Below, piece after piece: positions 36,984 through 45,460 of a stretch of 64,000 bases of DNA. The DNA is from an uncultured Thalassospiraceae bacterium. GTDB lineage: Bacteria; Pseudomonadota; Alphaproteobacteria; Rhodospirillales; Casp-alpha2. Position 1 is the first letter of the stretch. Each line of letters opens with the position of its first letter. The translations under genes and the position numbers were made by a program. A model generated the notes under the pieces. The model worked only from the letters and a program-made list of their open reading frames with translations. It searched no databases and was not told the origin of the DNA. The DNA is taken from contig CAZVFL010000002.1 in the NCBI GenBank assembly GCA_964626025.1, positions 15,439 through 79,438 of the forward strand, in the 5' to 3' direction.

Positions 36984-37772
36984 TTAAAACAGTTCGCCGC
37001 TGCTCTCGCCCTTTGACAGGGCCCGATGGTCGCGGACACTGAAGGGGATGGAGGCGATATAGACGATCCCGATCACCGACAGGGTCATCCAGGGCGCGTT
37101 AATCAGGAATACGGCAATGCCGGCCGTAATCAGCATGGTCGGAAGAATCCATCGGCGCTCGATCTTCAGTTTCTTGAACGAATAGGTCGGGATGGTGCTG
37201 ACCAGCATTCCCGCCAACACCAGCAGGAACAGGCCGACCACCCAGGGTTGGCGGAAAAAGGCGTCACCTATTTGAAATGAAAAAACTATCGGCAGCAAGG
37301 CCAGCAAGCCGCCGGCGGGCGCCGGTATGCCGGTGAAAAACCGGGACTGCCACTGGGGCGCGTCCTGGTCTTCCATCATCACGTTGAACCGCGCCAACCG
37401 AAGCCCGCAGCAGATGGCGAACAGCATGACCAGAACCCAGCCAAGCCTGCCGGCGTCCTGCATGGTCCATAGATACAGCACCAGCGCCGGCGACACCCCG
37501 AAACAGACGAAATCGGAAAGCGAGTCCAGTTCGGCGCCGAACTTGCTGGCGCCCTTGAGCAACCGTGCGATGCGTCCGTCCAGGCCATCGAGGATGCCGG
37601 CCGCGACGATGGCAATCACGGCGTGTTCCCACCGGCCGTCCAGGCTGAAACGGATGGCGGTCAGACCCGCGGCCAGCGCCAACAGAGTCAGGATATTGGG
37701 GATCAATCGGTTGAACGAAAGCCCCTTGAACCGTTTTCTCCGGACTGAGGCGATGGCTCGCGGTTTTCTCAT
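36984..37772 (-). CDS. pssA: CDP-diacylglycerol--serine O-phosphatidyltransferase
   Basis: DGLDGRIARLLKGASKFGAELDSLSD (CDP-alcohol phosphatidyltransferase motif), followed by psd. Confidence 0.9.
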   Translation of the reverse strand: MRKPRAIASVRRKRFKGLSFNRLIPNILTLLALAAGLTAIRFSLDGRWEHAVIAIVAAGILDGLDGRIARLLKGASKFGAELDSLSDFVCFGVSPALVLYLWTMQDAGRLGWVLVMLFAICCGLRLARFNVMMEDQDAPQWQSRFFTGIPAPAGGLLALLPIVFSFQIGDAFFRQPWVVGLFLLVLAGMLVSTIPTYSFKKLKIERRWILPTMLITAGIAVFLINAPWMTLSVIGIVYIASIPFSVRDHRALSKGESSGELF

Positions 37773-37817
37773 TTAGGTGTCCCCCTGGTATTTCCCAAGG
37801 TCCCGTTAACCTAGCGC

Positions 37818-38504
37818 CTAGGACCTGACCTCTCCGGCCCGGGCCGGTTCCTGGGCCCTGATATCGGCGATGACGGTTTCACCGCCCACCGAACGTTGGC
37901 CCACGGAAACCAACGGCTCCACGCCTTCCGGCAGATAGATGTCAACGCGGCTTCCAAAGCGGATCATACCGAACCTTTCGCCGGCCTTCACGGCCTGGCC
38001 TTCGGCGACGTCGCAAAGGATCCTCCGGGCGATAAGGCCGGCAATCTGAACGAGGGCGATGTCACGGCCGTCGGCCATGGTCAACTGCAGGCTCTGGCGC
38101 TCGTTGAACTCACTGGCCTTGTCCAAAGACGCATTCAAGAACCTGCCGGGCCGGTAACTCAACCCGGTGATGGTGCCGTCGATGGGAATCCGGTTCACGT
38201 GCACGTCGAACACGTTCATGAAAACGGCGATGCGGGCGCGCGCCTTGTCGCCCATCTTCAATTCCTGGGGCGGCGTCGCCTCGTCGATTTGCTGGACGAC
38301 GCCGTCGGCGGGGCTGATGATCAACCCGTCGCGCGCCGGCGTCACCCGGTCGGGATCGCGGAAGAAATAAACGCACCACACCGTCAACACGGCGCCCAAG
38401 GCGCCCAACGCCGTCGAAAAGGCGCCCATGACCACCGCCGCCACGGCGAACAGCGCAATGAACGGCCAGCCGGCCCTGTGTATGGGAACGAAAAGGGTTT
38501 TCAC
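37818..38504 (-). CDS. psd: phosphatidylserine decarboxylase proenzyme
   Basis: [15 protein letters not shown] (GS self-cleavage site); short alphaproteobacterial type. Confidence 0.9.
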   Translation of the reverse strand: MKTLFVPIHRAGWPFIALFAVAAVVMGAFSTALGALGAVLTVWCVYFFRDPDRVTPARDGLIISPADGVVQQIDEATPPQELKMGDKARARIAVFMNVFDVHVNRIPIDGTITGLSYRPGRFLNASLDKASEFNERQSLQLTMADGRDIALVQIAGLIARRILCDVAEGQAVKAGERFGMIRFGSRVDIYLPEGVEPLVSVGQRSVGGETVIADIRAQEPARAGEVRS

Positions 38505-38601
38505 CGTGTAACCAGGCCCTCCGAGGTTTGCTCAGGCGGCATTCTAGTCTTTCCCCCCGGCCTTCCCAAGAACGGAAATGCCCGGCATCCTTAGTTCCCC
38601 C

Positions 38602-39681
38602 TCAATTGGTCGCCGGAAGCGCGAATACCTGGCCCGGATAGATCAGGTCAGGGTCCCTGATATGGTCCTTGTTGGCCTCGAAGATCATCGTATAGCGGAT
38701 GCCTTTGCCGTAGGCCCGCCGCGCCAACCGCCAAAGGGAATTGCCGGGCTGGACGATGACAAAGGGCTCTCCTGTCGCGTCGGCCAACGGGGCGGCGCGT
38801 GAAAACGGCATCGACACCCGGGCCACGACCTTGCCGGCGTTATCGACCTGGTCGGTGCGCAGCGTATAAAGCCCCGGCTCGATCCGGCTTTCGGGTTTGA
38901 GACGCCAAAGGCCGTCGTCGTCCGCCCTGGCGCGGCCGATGAACCCGTCGTCCAGATAGATGTTGACGCTTGCCCCCGGTTCGGCATGGCCGCTGATGTT
39001 GAGCTGCCCCAACGTGTCGTAATCCAGGGTATCGATGCTGAGCCCCGAAAGGCTTTTGCCGGAAGGCGTCTGCATAACCGTGCTGGCGCCGCCGCCCTTC
39101 GGCATCTTGAGCGCAAGCGCGCCTGAAGGCCCATGGGCGGCCCTGCCGGCGATGTCCCTGTCTCGTTCGGGAACAACCAATACGACGACGCTGTCCGACG
39201 TCACGCTTTCGGCGCCCGGAACGCGCATCTCAAGGCTCAATTCGCGGGTTCCTGGCGCCAGCGGCTGCCGTGGCACGAACACCCATTCGCCGCGGGCGTT
39301 GGCGGTCACTTCGCCGAGGGGCTTCGCGTTGTCCAGGATGACGACGGTGCTGCCCGGCCGGGCGCGGCCCGCCATCACCGCATCACCGCCAGGCTCGACC
39401 CGGACCACGTCGAAACGGGGCGTTCCTTGTGTGTCCCCGGGGGCGTCCCCGGGCATGTCCCCTGGCGCGGACCCAGGCTTGGCGTCCGCCGTTGCCTGTT
39501 GGCGGCCGGGTTTGCCGCCGATCTCGTCCTCCCACAGCACCACAGTGGCGGCGATGGCGCCGATGATGGCGGCAGCCCCGATGCCGGCGGCAATGAGAAA
39601 CGGATTTTTCGGCATGGGCCGGCCCCCTCGGCGGAGAAATGGATTCTTGATATTACCAATGCTGATCGGTAATGGCGGCAA
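38602..39681 (-). CDS. LysM domain-containing protein
   Basis: C-terminal VIVQPGNSLWRLARRAYGKG.RYTMIFEANKDHIRDPDLIYPGQVFALP; start may be an internal Met (39615). Confidence 0.8.
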   Translation of the reverse strand: MPPLPISIGNIKNPFLRRGGRPMPKNPFLIAAGIGAAAIIGAIAATVVLWEDEIGGKPGRQQATADAKPGSAPGDMPGDAPGDTQGTPRFDVVRVEPGGDAVMAGRARPGSTVVILDNAKPLGEVTANARGEWVFVPRQPLAPGTRELSLEMRVPGAESVTSDSVVVLVVPERDRDIAGRAAHGPSGALALKMPKGGGASTVMQTPSGKSLSGLSIDTLDYDTLGQLNISGHAEPGASVNIYLDDGFIGRARADDDGLWRLKPESRIEPGLYTLRTDQVDNAGKVVARVSMPFSRAAPLADATGEPFVIVQPGNSLWRLARRAYGKGIRYTMIFEANKDHIRDPDLIYPGQVFALPATN

Positions 39682-39697
39682 AATTATGGCGCCGGGA

Positions 39698-40636
39698 TCA
39701 GCGGTCCCTGGCGGCGCCGGATTTGCCCTTTTTCTTCTGTTCGACCCGGTGACGGACGGGTTTGAGAGAGCGGAGATAGAGAATCACCGCCTTGAGGTCG
39801 GCATCCTTGAGCCGGCTGGTGGTTTCTTCGACGACTTCTCCCATGGGCCCGCCGACGAAATCCCCATCGGGAAGCATGCCCAACTTAAACAAGTCCTTGA
39901 TATCGGCGTCGGACCAGCGGCCGATGCCGGTTTCCTTGTCGGGCGTGATGTTGGGGACGATCCCGCCTTCCGGGCCTTTGCCGGTGCCGGCCAGCGTCAT
40001 GCCGGCCTTGGGGCCGCCAAGGATGTTGCGGGGCGTGTGGCATTCGCCGCAATGGCTGAGCGCCCTGACCAGATAAGCCCCCCGGTTCCATTCGGCGCTT
40101 CGGGCCTTGTCGGGGCGGAACGGTCCGGGGGTGAAATAAAGCGCCTTCCAGAGCGGAACCATGAACCGCCAACCGAAAGGCGGGGCGGCGCCGTGCGGCT
40201 CGTTCGGCCTTGCCACGGGGGGGCGCGTGAACAAATAAGCCTTGATGTCCAGAATGTCGGCGTCGGTGAGGCCGGTGTAGGACGGATAGGGAAAGACGGG
40301 AAAATAATGGCGGCCATCGGGGGCGACGCCCAACCGCATGGCCCGGATGAAGTCCCCGTCGCTCCACTTGCCGATACCGTGTTGGGGGTCGGGGGTGATG
40401 TTGGGGCTTGTGAAAACCCCGAAGGGCGGTTTCAACTTGCGCCCGCCGGCCAACGGCGCGCCTTTGCCTTTTTTGTCCGTATGGCAGGCGGCGCAGCCGG
40501 CGGCGTCGAACAGGTACTTGCCCCGCCCGGTGTCGCCGCCGAAGGCCGGCGCCGATAGGGCGGCGATCAAACAGAAAGCGGCCCCCCGGAAAAGCCAAAC
40601 CGCCAGGGGCCCAAGGATTCGGCTTAGGTCAACCAC
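39698..40636 (-). CDS. dihaem c-type cytochrome
   Basis: Two CxxCH sites (CAACH, CGECH) and a signal peptide. Confidence 0.85.
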   Translation of the reverse strand: MVDLSRILGPLAVWLFRGAAFCLIAALSAPAFGGDTGRGKYLFDAAGCAACHTDKKGKGAPLAGGRKLKPPFGVFTSPNITPDPQHGIGKWSDGDFIRAMRLGVAPDGRHYFPVFPYPSYTGLTDADILDIKAYLFTRPPVARPNEPHGAAPPFGWRFMVPLWKALYFTPGPFRPDKARSAEWNRGAYLVRALSHCGECHTPRNILGGPKAGMTLAGTGKGPEGGIVPNITPDKETGIGRWSDADIKDLFKLGMLPDGDFVGGPMGEVVEETTSRLKDADLKAVILYLRSLKPVRHRVEQKKKGKSGAARDR

Positions 40637-40643
40637 CTTCCGG

Positions 40644-41126
40644 CTATTTGACCTTCGGCCCGCGGAAGGTCTTGTGGCAACCGCCGCAGCCCTTCTTGCC
40701 GGTGGCGACGAACTGTTGGGCGATCGCCTCCTTGTCGCCGCCGCCGGCGATTTTGGAAAGCTTCCTCGCCTCCGTCTCCAGGGTCCTGGTGGAGGCCACG
40801 AACTTGTCCCAATCGAGCCAGATTTCGGGATTGGCGCGGGTTTTCTTGGCGTCCACCTCGGGCCGGCCCGTTCCCTTGGGGAACAACGGCGGAATCTTCG
40901 GCGCCACGGCGGCCAGCGCCATGGCGGCCTTCTTGACGTCCGCGGCGGAGCCTTTGCCTTTTTTCAAGAAATCCTTGACGACGGCAAAGTTCTTGAGGAC
41001 GACGTTTTTCATCACGTCCTTGCGCTTGTCGATCACCGACATGTCCACCGCCGTCGCCGGCGCGGCGGCGGCCACAAAACCCAGGGCGAGGCCGGCGATC
41101 ACGGCCTTGCGGAAATTGAAAATCAT
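40644..41126 (-). CDS. class II cytochrome c (c'/c-556 family)
   Basis: Signal peptide, four-helix-length protein, single C-terminal CGGCH. Confidence 0.75.
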   Translation of the reverse strand: MIFNFRKAVIAGLALGFVAAAAPATAVDMSVIDKRKDVMKNVVLKNFAVVKDFLKKGKGSAADVKKAAMALAAVAPKIPPLFPKGTGRPEVDAKKTRANPEIWLDWDKFVASTRTLETEARKLSKIAGGGDKEAIAQQFVATGKKGCGGCHKTFRGPKVK

Positions 41127-41261
41127 TATGGTCCTCCCGATTTTTGGCTTCCCCGTTTCGGCGTTGATAAATCAACGAGACGCGCCAACCCTTACTACTA
41201 TATAAAAACCCGCAACGAACAAAACAACGATGCGGCCTCTCGAAAAATTGAACGGAACCCC

Positions 41262-41846
41262 ATGACCAAAATTTCGTCGCTTTCAGTTTTCTGCGGCTCC
41301 AAGACCGGCGACGATCCGGCCTTTGAGGCCGACGCCCGCCGATTGGGCGAGCTGATGGTCGAGCGCGGCGTCAAGCTGGTCTTCGGCGGCGGGCGCATCG
41401 GCCTGATGGGGGTGGTGGCGAAGGCGGTTTTGGATGGCGGCGGCCATGCCATCGGCGTTATCCCCGAATTTTTGAAGGAATTGGAGGTCGGCGACGACAG
41501 CGTCACCGAGCAGATCGTCACCCAATCCATGCATGAACGCAAAAGCCGCATGTTCGAGCTCGCCGACGGTTTCGTCGTCCTCGCGGGCGGTCTCGGCACC
41601 CTCGACGAAACGCTTGAAATCGTCACCTGGAAGCAGCTTCAGCTTCACGCCAAGCCCGTGGTCGTGGTCAATTCGGGCGGCTACTGGTCGCCGTTGGAAG
41701 CCCTGGTCCAGAGCATCATCGAAGGCGGTTTCGCGCACCCGGCGGTGGCCGAGCTTTTCACCATGGTGGAAACGCCCGAAGACGTGTTCCCGGCGCTCGA
41801 AGCGGCGCCCGAACCCAAGGCCGAAGTGCTGACCAGCCACCTTTGA
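41262..41846 (+). CDS. LOG family (TIGR00730-type) nucleotide phosphoribohydrolase
   Basis: VFCGS..G......A..LG......LV.GGG..GLMG ... PGGLGTLDE-like GGLGTLDETLE. Confidence 0.85.
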   Translation: MTKISSLSVFCGSKTGDDPAFEADARRLGELMVERGVKLVFGGGRIGLMGVVAKAVLDGGGHAIGVIPEFLKELEVGDDSVTEQIVTQSMHERKSRMFELADGFVVLAGGLGTLDETLEIVTWKQLQLHAKPVVVVNSGGYWSPLEALVQSIIEGGFAHPAVAELFTMVETPEDVFPALEAAPEPKAEVLTSHL

Positions 41847-41890
41847 GCGTCCAGGGTTACCGCATATGAGGCGCGGCGGACTTAACTCTC

Positions 41891-41989
41891 CTTCGAGACG
41901 GGTCTTCGACCCTCCTCAGGATGAGGAAATCCTCATGCCTTACCCCAAGCCTTATGCTGAGGAGGCCGTCTTGACGGCCGTCTCGAAGC
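41891..41989. repeat. nested three-layer palindromic intergenic element
   Basis: CTTCGAGACGG (41891-41901) pairs with CCGTCTCGAAG (41979-41989). CCTCCTCAG (41911-19) pairs with CTGAGGAGG (41957-65). ATGAGGA (41921-27) pairs with TCCTCAT (41930-36). Confidence 0.7.
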
Positions 41990-42105
41990 ACGGGGCGGCC
42001 ATCGCGGATAGCCACTTGTAAGCCCCGCCGCCCCTTGCCAACGGCCGCCGGGCCCCCTAAGTTGCGGCAAAACCCGCCTGGAACCTCATCCTGGGAGACC
42101 CTCTC

Positions 42106-43320
42106 ATGGCAAAAATCAAGGTCAAGAACCCCATCGTCGAGCTCGACGGCGACGAGATGACGCGCATCATCTGGGCCTTCATCAAGGGCAAGCTGATCCT
42201 GCCTTACCTGGACGTGGACCTGAAATATTTCGACCTGTCGGTGCAAAAGCGCGACGAAACCGGCGACCAGATCACCATCGATTCAGCCAACGCAATCTTG
42301 GAACATGGCGTCGGCGTCAAGTGCGCGACCATCACGCCGGACGAAGGCCGGGTCGAGGAATTCGGCCTCAAGGAGATGTGGCGCTCGCCCAACGGCACCA
42401 TCCGCAACATCTTGGGCGGCACCATCTTCCGCCGGCCGATCATCTGCAAGAACGTGCCCCGGCTGGTGCCCGGCTGGACCAAGCCCATCGTCATCGGCCG
42501 CCATGCCTTCGGCGATCAGTACCGGGCCACCGACATCATCATCCCCGGGGCCGGGAAACTGACCATGCGGTTCGAGCCCTCGGACGGCGGCGAGGTGATC
42601 GAGCGCGAAGTGTTCCAGTTCGAGGACGCGGGCGTGGCCATGTCCATGTACAACCTGGACGAATCTATCCAGGGCTTCGCCCGGTCGTGCTTCAACTACG
42701 CGCTGGATCTGGGCTGGCCTTTGTATCTGTCGACCAAGAACACCATCCTCAAGATCTATGACGGGCGGTTTAAGGACATTTTCCAGGAAATCTTCGAGGC
42801 CGAGTTCAAAAACAAGTACGACGACGCCGGCATCACCTACGAACACCGGCTCATCGACGACATGGTGGCGGCGGCCTTGAAGTGGGAAGGCGCCTTCGTC
42901 TGGGCGTGCAAGAACTACGACGGCGACGTGCAGTCGGACACCCTGGCCCAGGGCTTCGGCTCGCTCGGCCTGATGACGTCGGTGCTGCTGACGCCGGACG
43001 GCAAGACCGTCGAGGCCGAGGCGGCGCACGGCACCGTCACCCGCCATTACCGCCAGCACCAGGAAGGCAAGGAGACCTCCACCAACCCCATCGCCTCCAT
43101 CTTCGCGTGGACGCGGGCGCTCTCATACCGGGGCAAGTTCGATGACACCCCCGATGTGGTCAAATTTGCCGAAACCCTTGAGGCGGTCTGCATCGAAACC
43201 GTCGAGTCGGGCTTCATGACCAAGGACCTGGCGCTGCTCATCGGCCCCGACCAGGCGTGGCTGAACACGCAAGCGTTTTTGGACAAGCTGGACGAAAACC
43301 TGAAAGCCAAGATGGGGTAG
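42106..43320 (+). CDS. icd: NADP-dependent isocitrate dehydrogenase
   Basis: [23 protein letters not shown]...; full-length 404-aa type. Confidence 0.97.
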   Translation: MAKIKVKNPIVELDGDEMTRIIWAFIKGKLILPYLDVDLKYFDLSVQKRDETGDQITIDSANAILEHGVGVKCATITPDEGRVEEFGLKEMWRSPNGTIRNILGGTIFRRPIICKNVPRLVPGWTKPIVIGRHAFGDQYRATDIIIPGAGKLTMRFEPSDGGEVIEREVFQFEDAGVAMSMYNLDESIQGFARSCFNYALDLGWPLYLSTKNTILKIYDGRFKDIFQEIFEAEFKNKYDDAGITYEHRLIDDMVAAALKWEGAFVWACKNYDGDVQSDTLAQGFGSLGLMTSVLLTPDGKTVEAEAAHGTVTRHYRQHQEGKETSTNPIASIFAWTRALSYRGKFDDTPDVVKFAETLEAVCIETVESGFMTKDLALLIGPDQAWLNTQAFLDKLDENLKAKMG

Positions 43321-43324
43321 GGGG
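43062..43324 (+). repeat. copy A of the 263-bp icd 3'-end direct repeat (copy B at 43815-44077)
   Basis: Base-by-base comparison: 258 of 263 positions identical and the last 169 bp are perfect. Confidence 0.95.
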
Positions 43325-43455
43325 GGGGGTCGGGCTGGCGGGCGGCCGAAACACCCTATTTACCCCGCAAAGCGAACAAAGCTCAGCCTCGGCGTTGAGG
43401 TCCGTTTTTGACCCAAAGCGGACGTCCCCTAACGGCGTTTAACCGTTTTGGAACG

Positions 43456-43629
43456 TTAAAGCGCGTCGGCAACCTGGTTAAACATGTTGCTCAGTTCGGT
43501 ACCGACTAGCGTAACGGCGGCGATGATGACGACGGAGATAAGGGCGGCGATAAGCCCATATTCGATGGCGGTCGCGCCGTCTTCGTTTCCCCGGAGGACT
43601 TTTAAGTACCGGATGATCAAGTAAGTCAT
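43456..43629 (-). CDS. flp: Flp/Fap family type IVb pilin (57 aa)
   Basis: Below the ORF-track size cutoff. Reverse translation is MTYLIIRYLKVLRGNEDGATAIEYGLIAALISVVIIAAVTLVGTELSNMFNQVADAL, with the G/ATAIEYGLI Flp processing motif and GGAG about 10 nt upstream. Confidence 0.8.
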   Translation of the reverse strand: MTYLIIRYLKVLRGNEDGATAIEYGLIAALISVVIIAAVTLVGTELSNMFNQVADAL

Positions 43630-43814
43630 TTTAATAACTCCATTTTAAATAAAGGACACTTTCTCTAAGTAAAAAATAATGTCATCATGTAATATATTTT
43701 GCTAATCCTTTATTTATTTGCATTTTATAAATAAAAAAACATAAAATTTTAGATAACGCCGTTTTTCTGGTATTTTCCCAAAAAACCAGGATGTCCGTGG
43801 CTGCGGCCACATTT

Positions 43815-44073
43815 GGAAGGCAAGGAGACCTCCACCAACCCCATCGCTTCCATCTTCGCGTGGACGCGGGCGCTCTCATACCGGGGCAAGTTCGACGACA
43901 CGCCGGACGTGGTCAAATTTGCCGAAACCCTTGAGGCGGTCTGCATCGAAACCGTCGAGTCGGGCTTCATGACCAAGGACCTGGCGCTGCTCATCGGCCC
44001 CGACCAGGCGTGGCTGAACACGCAAGCGTTTTTGGACAAGCTGGACGAAAACCTGAAAGCCAAGATGGGGTAG
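43815..44073 (+). pseudogene. displaced duplicate of the icd 3' end (last 85 codons)
   Basis: Encodes exactly the same amino acids as icd 43063-43317 but lacks the upstream 319 codons. Confidence 0.9.
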
Positions 44074-44284
44074 GGGGAATCCCGCCGAATCAATGCCCTG
44101 AACGTCCGCTTTATCCCCTCAAAACTGACCTAATGGACATCGCCGGCACTCGACCGCATATGTCCCCGAGGAAGATGATGCTAGGATACATAAGCGCGGA
44201 CTGTGGCGTGGTACGTGCATCCCGCCGTGGGGGCGGTGGTGCGGAACGTGATATCCTGCTGTTTCTGATTCTGCGAAGGAACCC

Positions 44285-45178
44285 GTGCCCATGTGCGATA
44301 CCCTCGTCGCCCTGTCCTCCGCGACCGCCGACGGCTCGGTCATTTTCGCCAAGAACAGCGACCGCCCCGCCGGCGAAGCTCAGAGCATCCGCCGCTACAC
44401 CCGCCAATCCCATCCGGCCGCCGGAGCGGTTCGCTGCACCTATATTGAGATTCCTCAGGTGGAAACCACGGCCGCTGTCCTCCTGTCCCAGCCGGACTGG
44501 ATGTGGGGTGCGGAAATGGGCGCCAACGAGCATGGCGTCGTCATCGGCAACGAGGCCGTCTGGACCCAGGCGCCGATGGGGCCGCCGGCGCTCCTCGGCA
44601 TGGACTTGGTGCGCCTCGGCCTTGAGCGCGGCCGCTCGGCGCGTGAGGCCGTGGATATCATCACTGCATTGCTGGAGGATCATGGCCAGGGGGGTGCATG
44701 CGGCGAGGACGACCCCTCCTTCGCCTATCACAACTCGTTCCTCCTGGCCGATGCCCGGGAAGCCTGGGTCGTGGAGACGGCGGATCGGGAGTGGGTGGCG
44801 GAGCGCGTGGCCTCGGGGACACGTAACATCTCCAATGGTCTGTCCATCCGAACCGAATACGAAAAGTCCTCGAAAAGTCTCAGGGGGCACGACCTGGATT
44901 TCGCCACCCATTTCAGCGCCGCCCCCGTTCAGTTGGACCCGGCGTCCCGAGAATCCTGGGGCCGGCGTCTCATGGCCGAGCACATGGGCCAAATCACGGC
45001 GGAGACGATGATGAATATCTTGTCGCACCATGACAGCGGCATTTGCATGCACGGGGCTTTTGCCACCACGGCCTCCATGGTTTCACGCTTGACCACGGAC
45101 GGCGCCGACGAGCACTGGATGACCGGCGCGCCATATCCTTGCCGGACGGCGTTTAAACCGGTTTCCGTCGCGGCTTGA
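44285..45178 (+). CDS. peptidase C69/secernin-like Ntn hydrolase
   Basis: M(P)MCDTLVAL... gives an N-terminal Cys nucleophile directly after Met; VIFAKNSDR, GANEHGVVIGNEAV. Confidence 0.75.
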   Translation: MPMCDTLVALSSATADGSVIFAKNSDRPAGEAQSIRRYTRQSHPAAGAVRCTYIEIPQVETTAAVLLSQPDWMWGAEMGANEHGVVIGNEAVWTQAPMGPPALLGMDLVRLGLERGRSAREAVDIITALLEDHGQGGACGEDDPSFAYHNSFLLADAREAWVVETADREWVAERVASGTRNISNGLSIRTEYEKSSKSLRGHDLDFATHFSAAPVQLDPASRESWGRRLMAEHMGQITAETMMNILSHHDSGICMHGAFATTASMVSRLTTDGADEHWMTGAPYPCRTAFKPVSVAA

Positions 45179-45286
45179 ACTGAGCGACGATGTCTGCTTT
45201 ACCCCGCGAAAGCGGACATTAATTTCCACTTTACGCTTCCAGCCCATCAAATTTAAAACCGGGATACGGCCGACGCCGCCCGCCCC

Positions 45287-45315
45287 TTGACAATCCCCCG
45301 CCGCCTGACTATGTT
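45287..45315 (+). promoter_or_regulatory. near-consensus sigma70-type promoter facing the repeat arrays
   Basis: TTGACA (45287-92), 17-nt spacer, TATGTT (45310-15). Confidence 0.45.
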
Positions 45316-45400
45316 CTGTGTTCGTTCTTTGACATTGTAAATAGGAAAAACCGGCAACGTCCGGCCGCGGCGGCGGTATGCTGCGGCTGCGAAATAAAAT

Positions 45401-45440
45401 GCGTACATTTGCGTACTTTTAGGTACCTTTGCGTACATTC
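45401..45440 (+). repeat. four exactly phased 10-bp repeats with GTAC core
   Basis: GCGTACATTT / GCGTACTTTT / AGGTACCTTT / GCGTACATTC. Confidence 0.85.
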
Positions 45441-45460
45441 CTATGGGATTTTCCATAATC

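Noticed and set aside
43813-44073. Independent 86-aa gene
   Set aside because: It is an exact amino-acid copy of the icd C-terminus and starts at an incidental TTG. It is treated as a displaced gene fragment.
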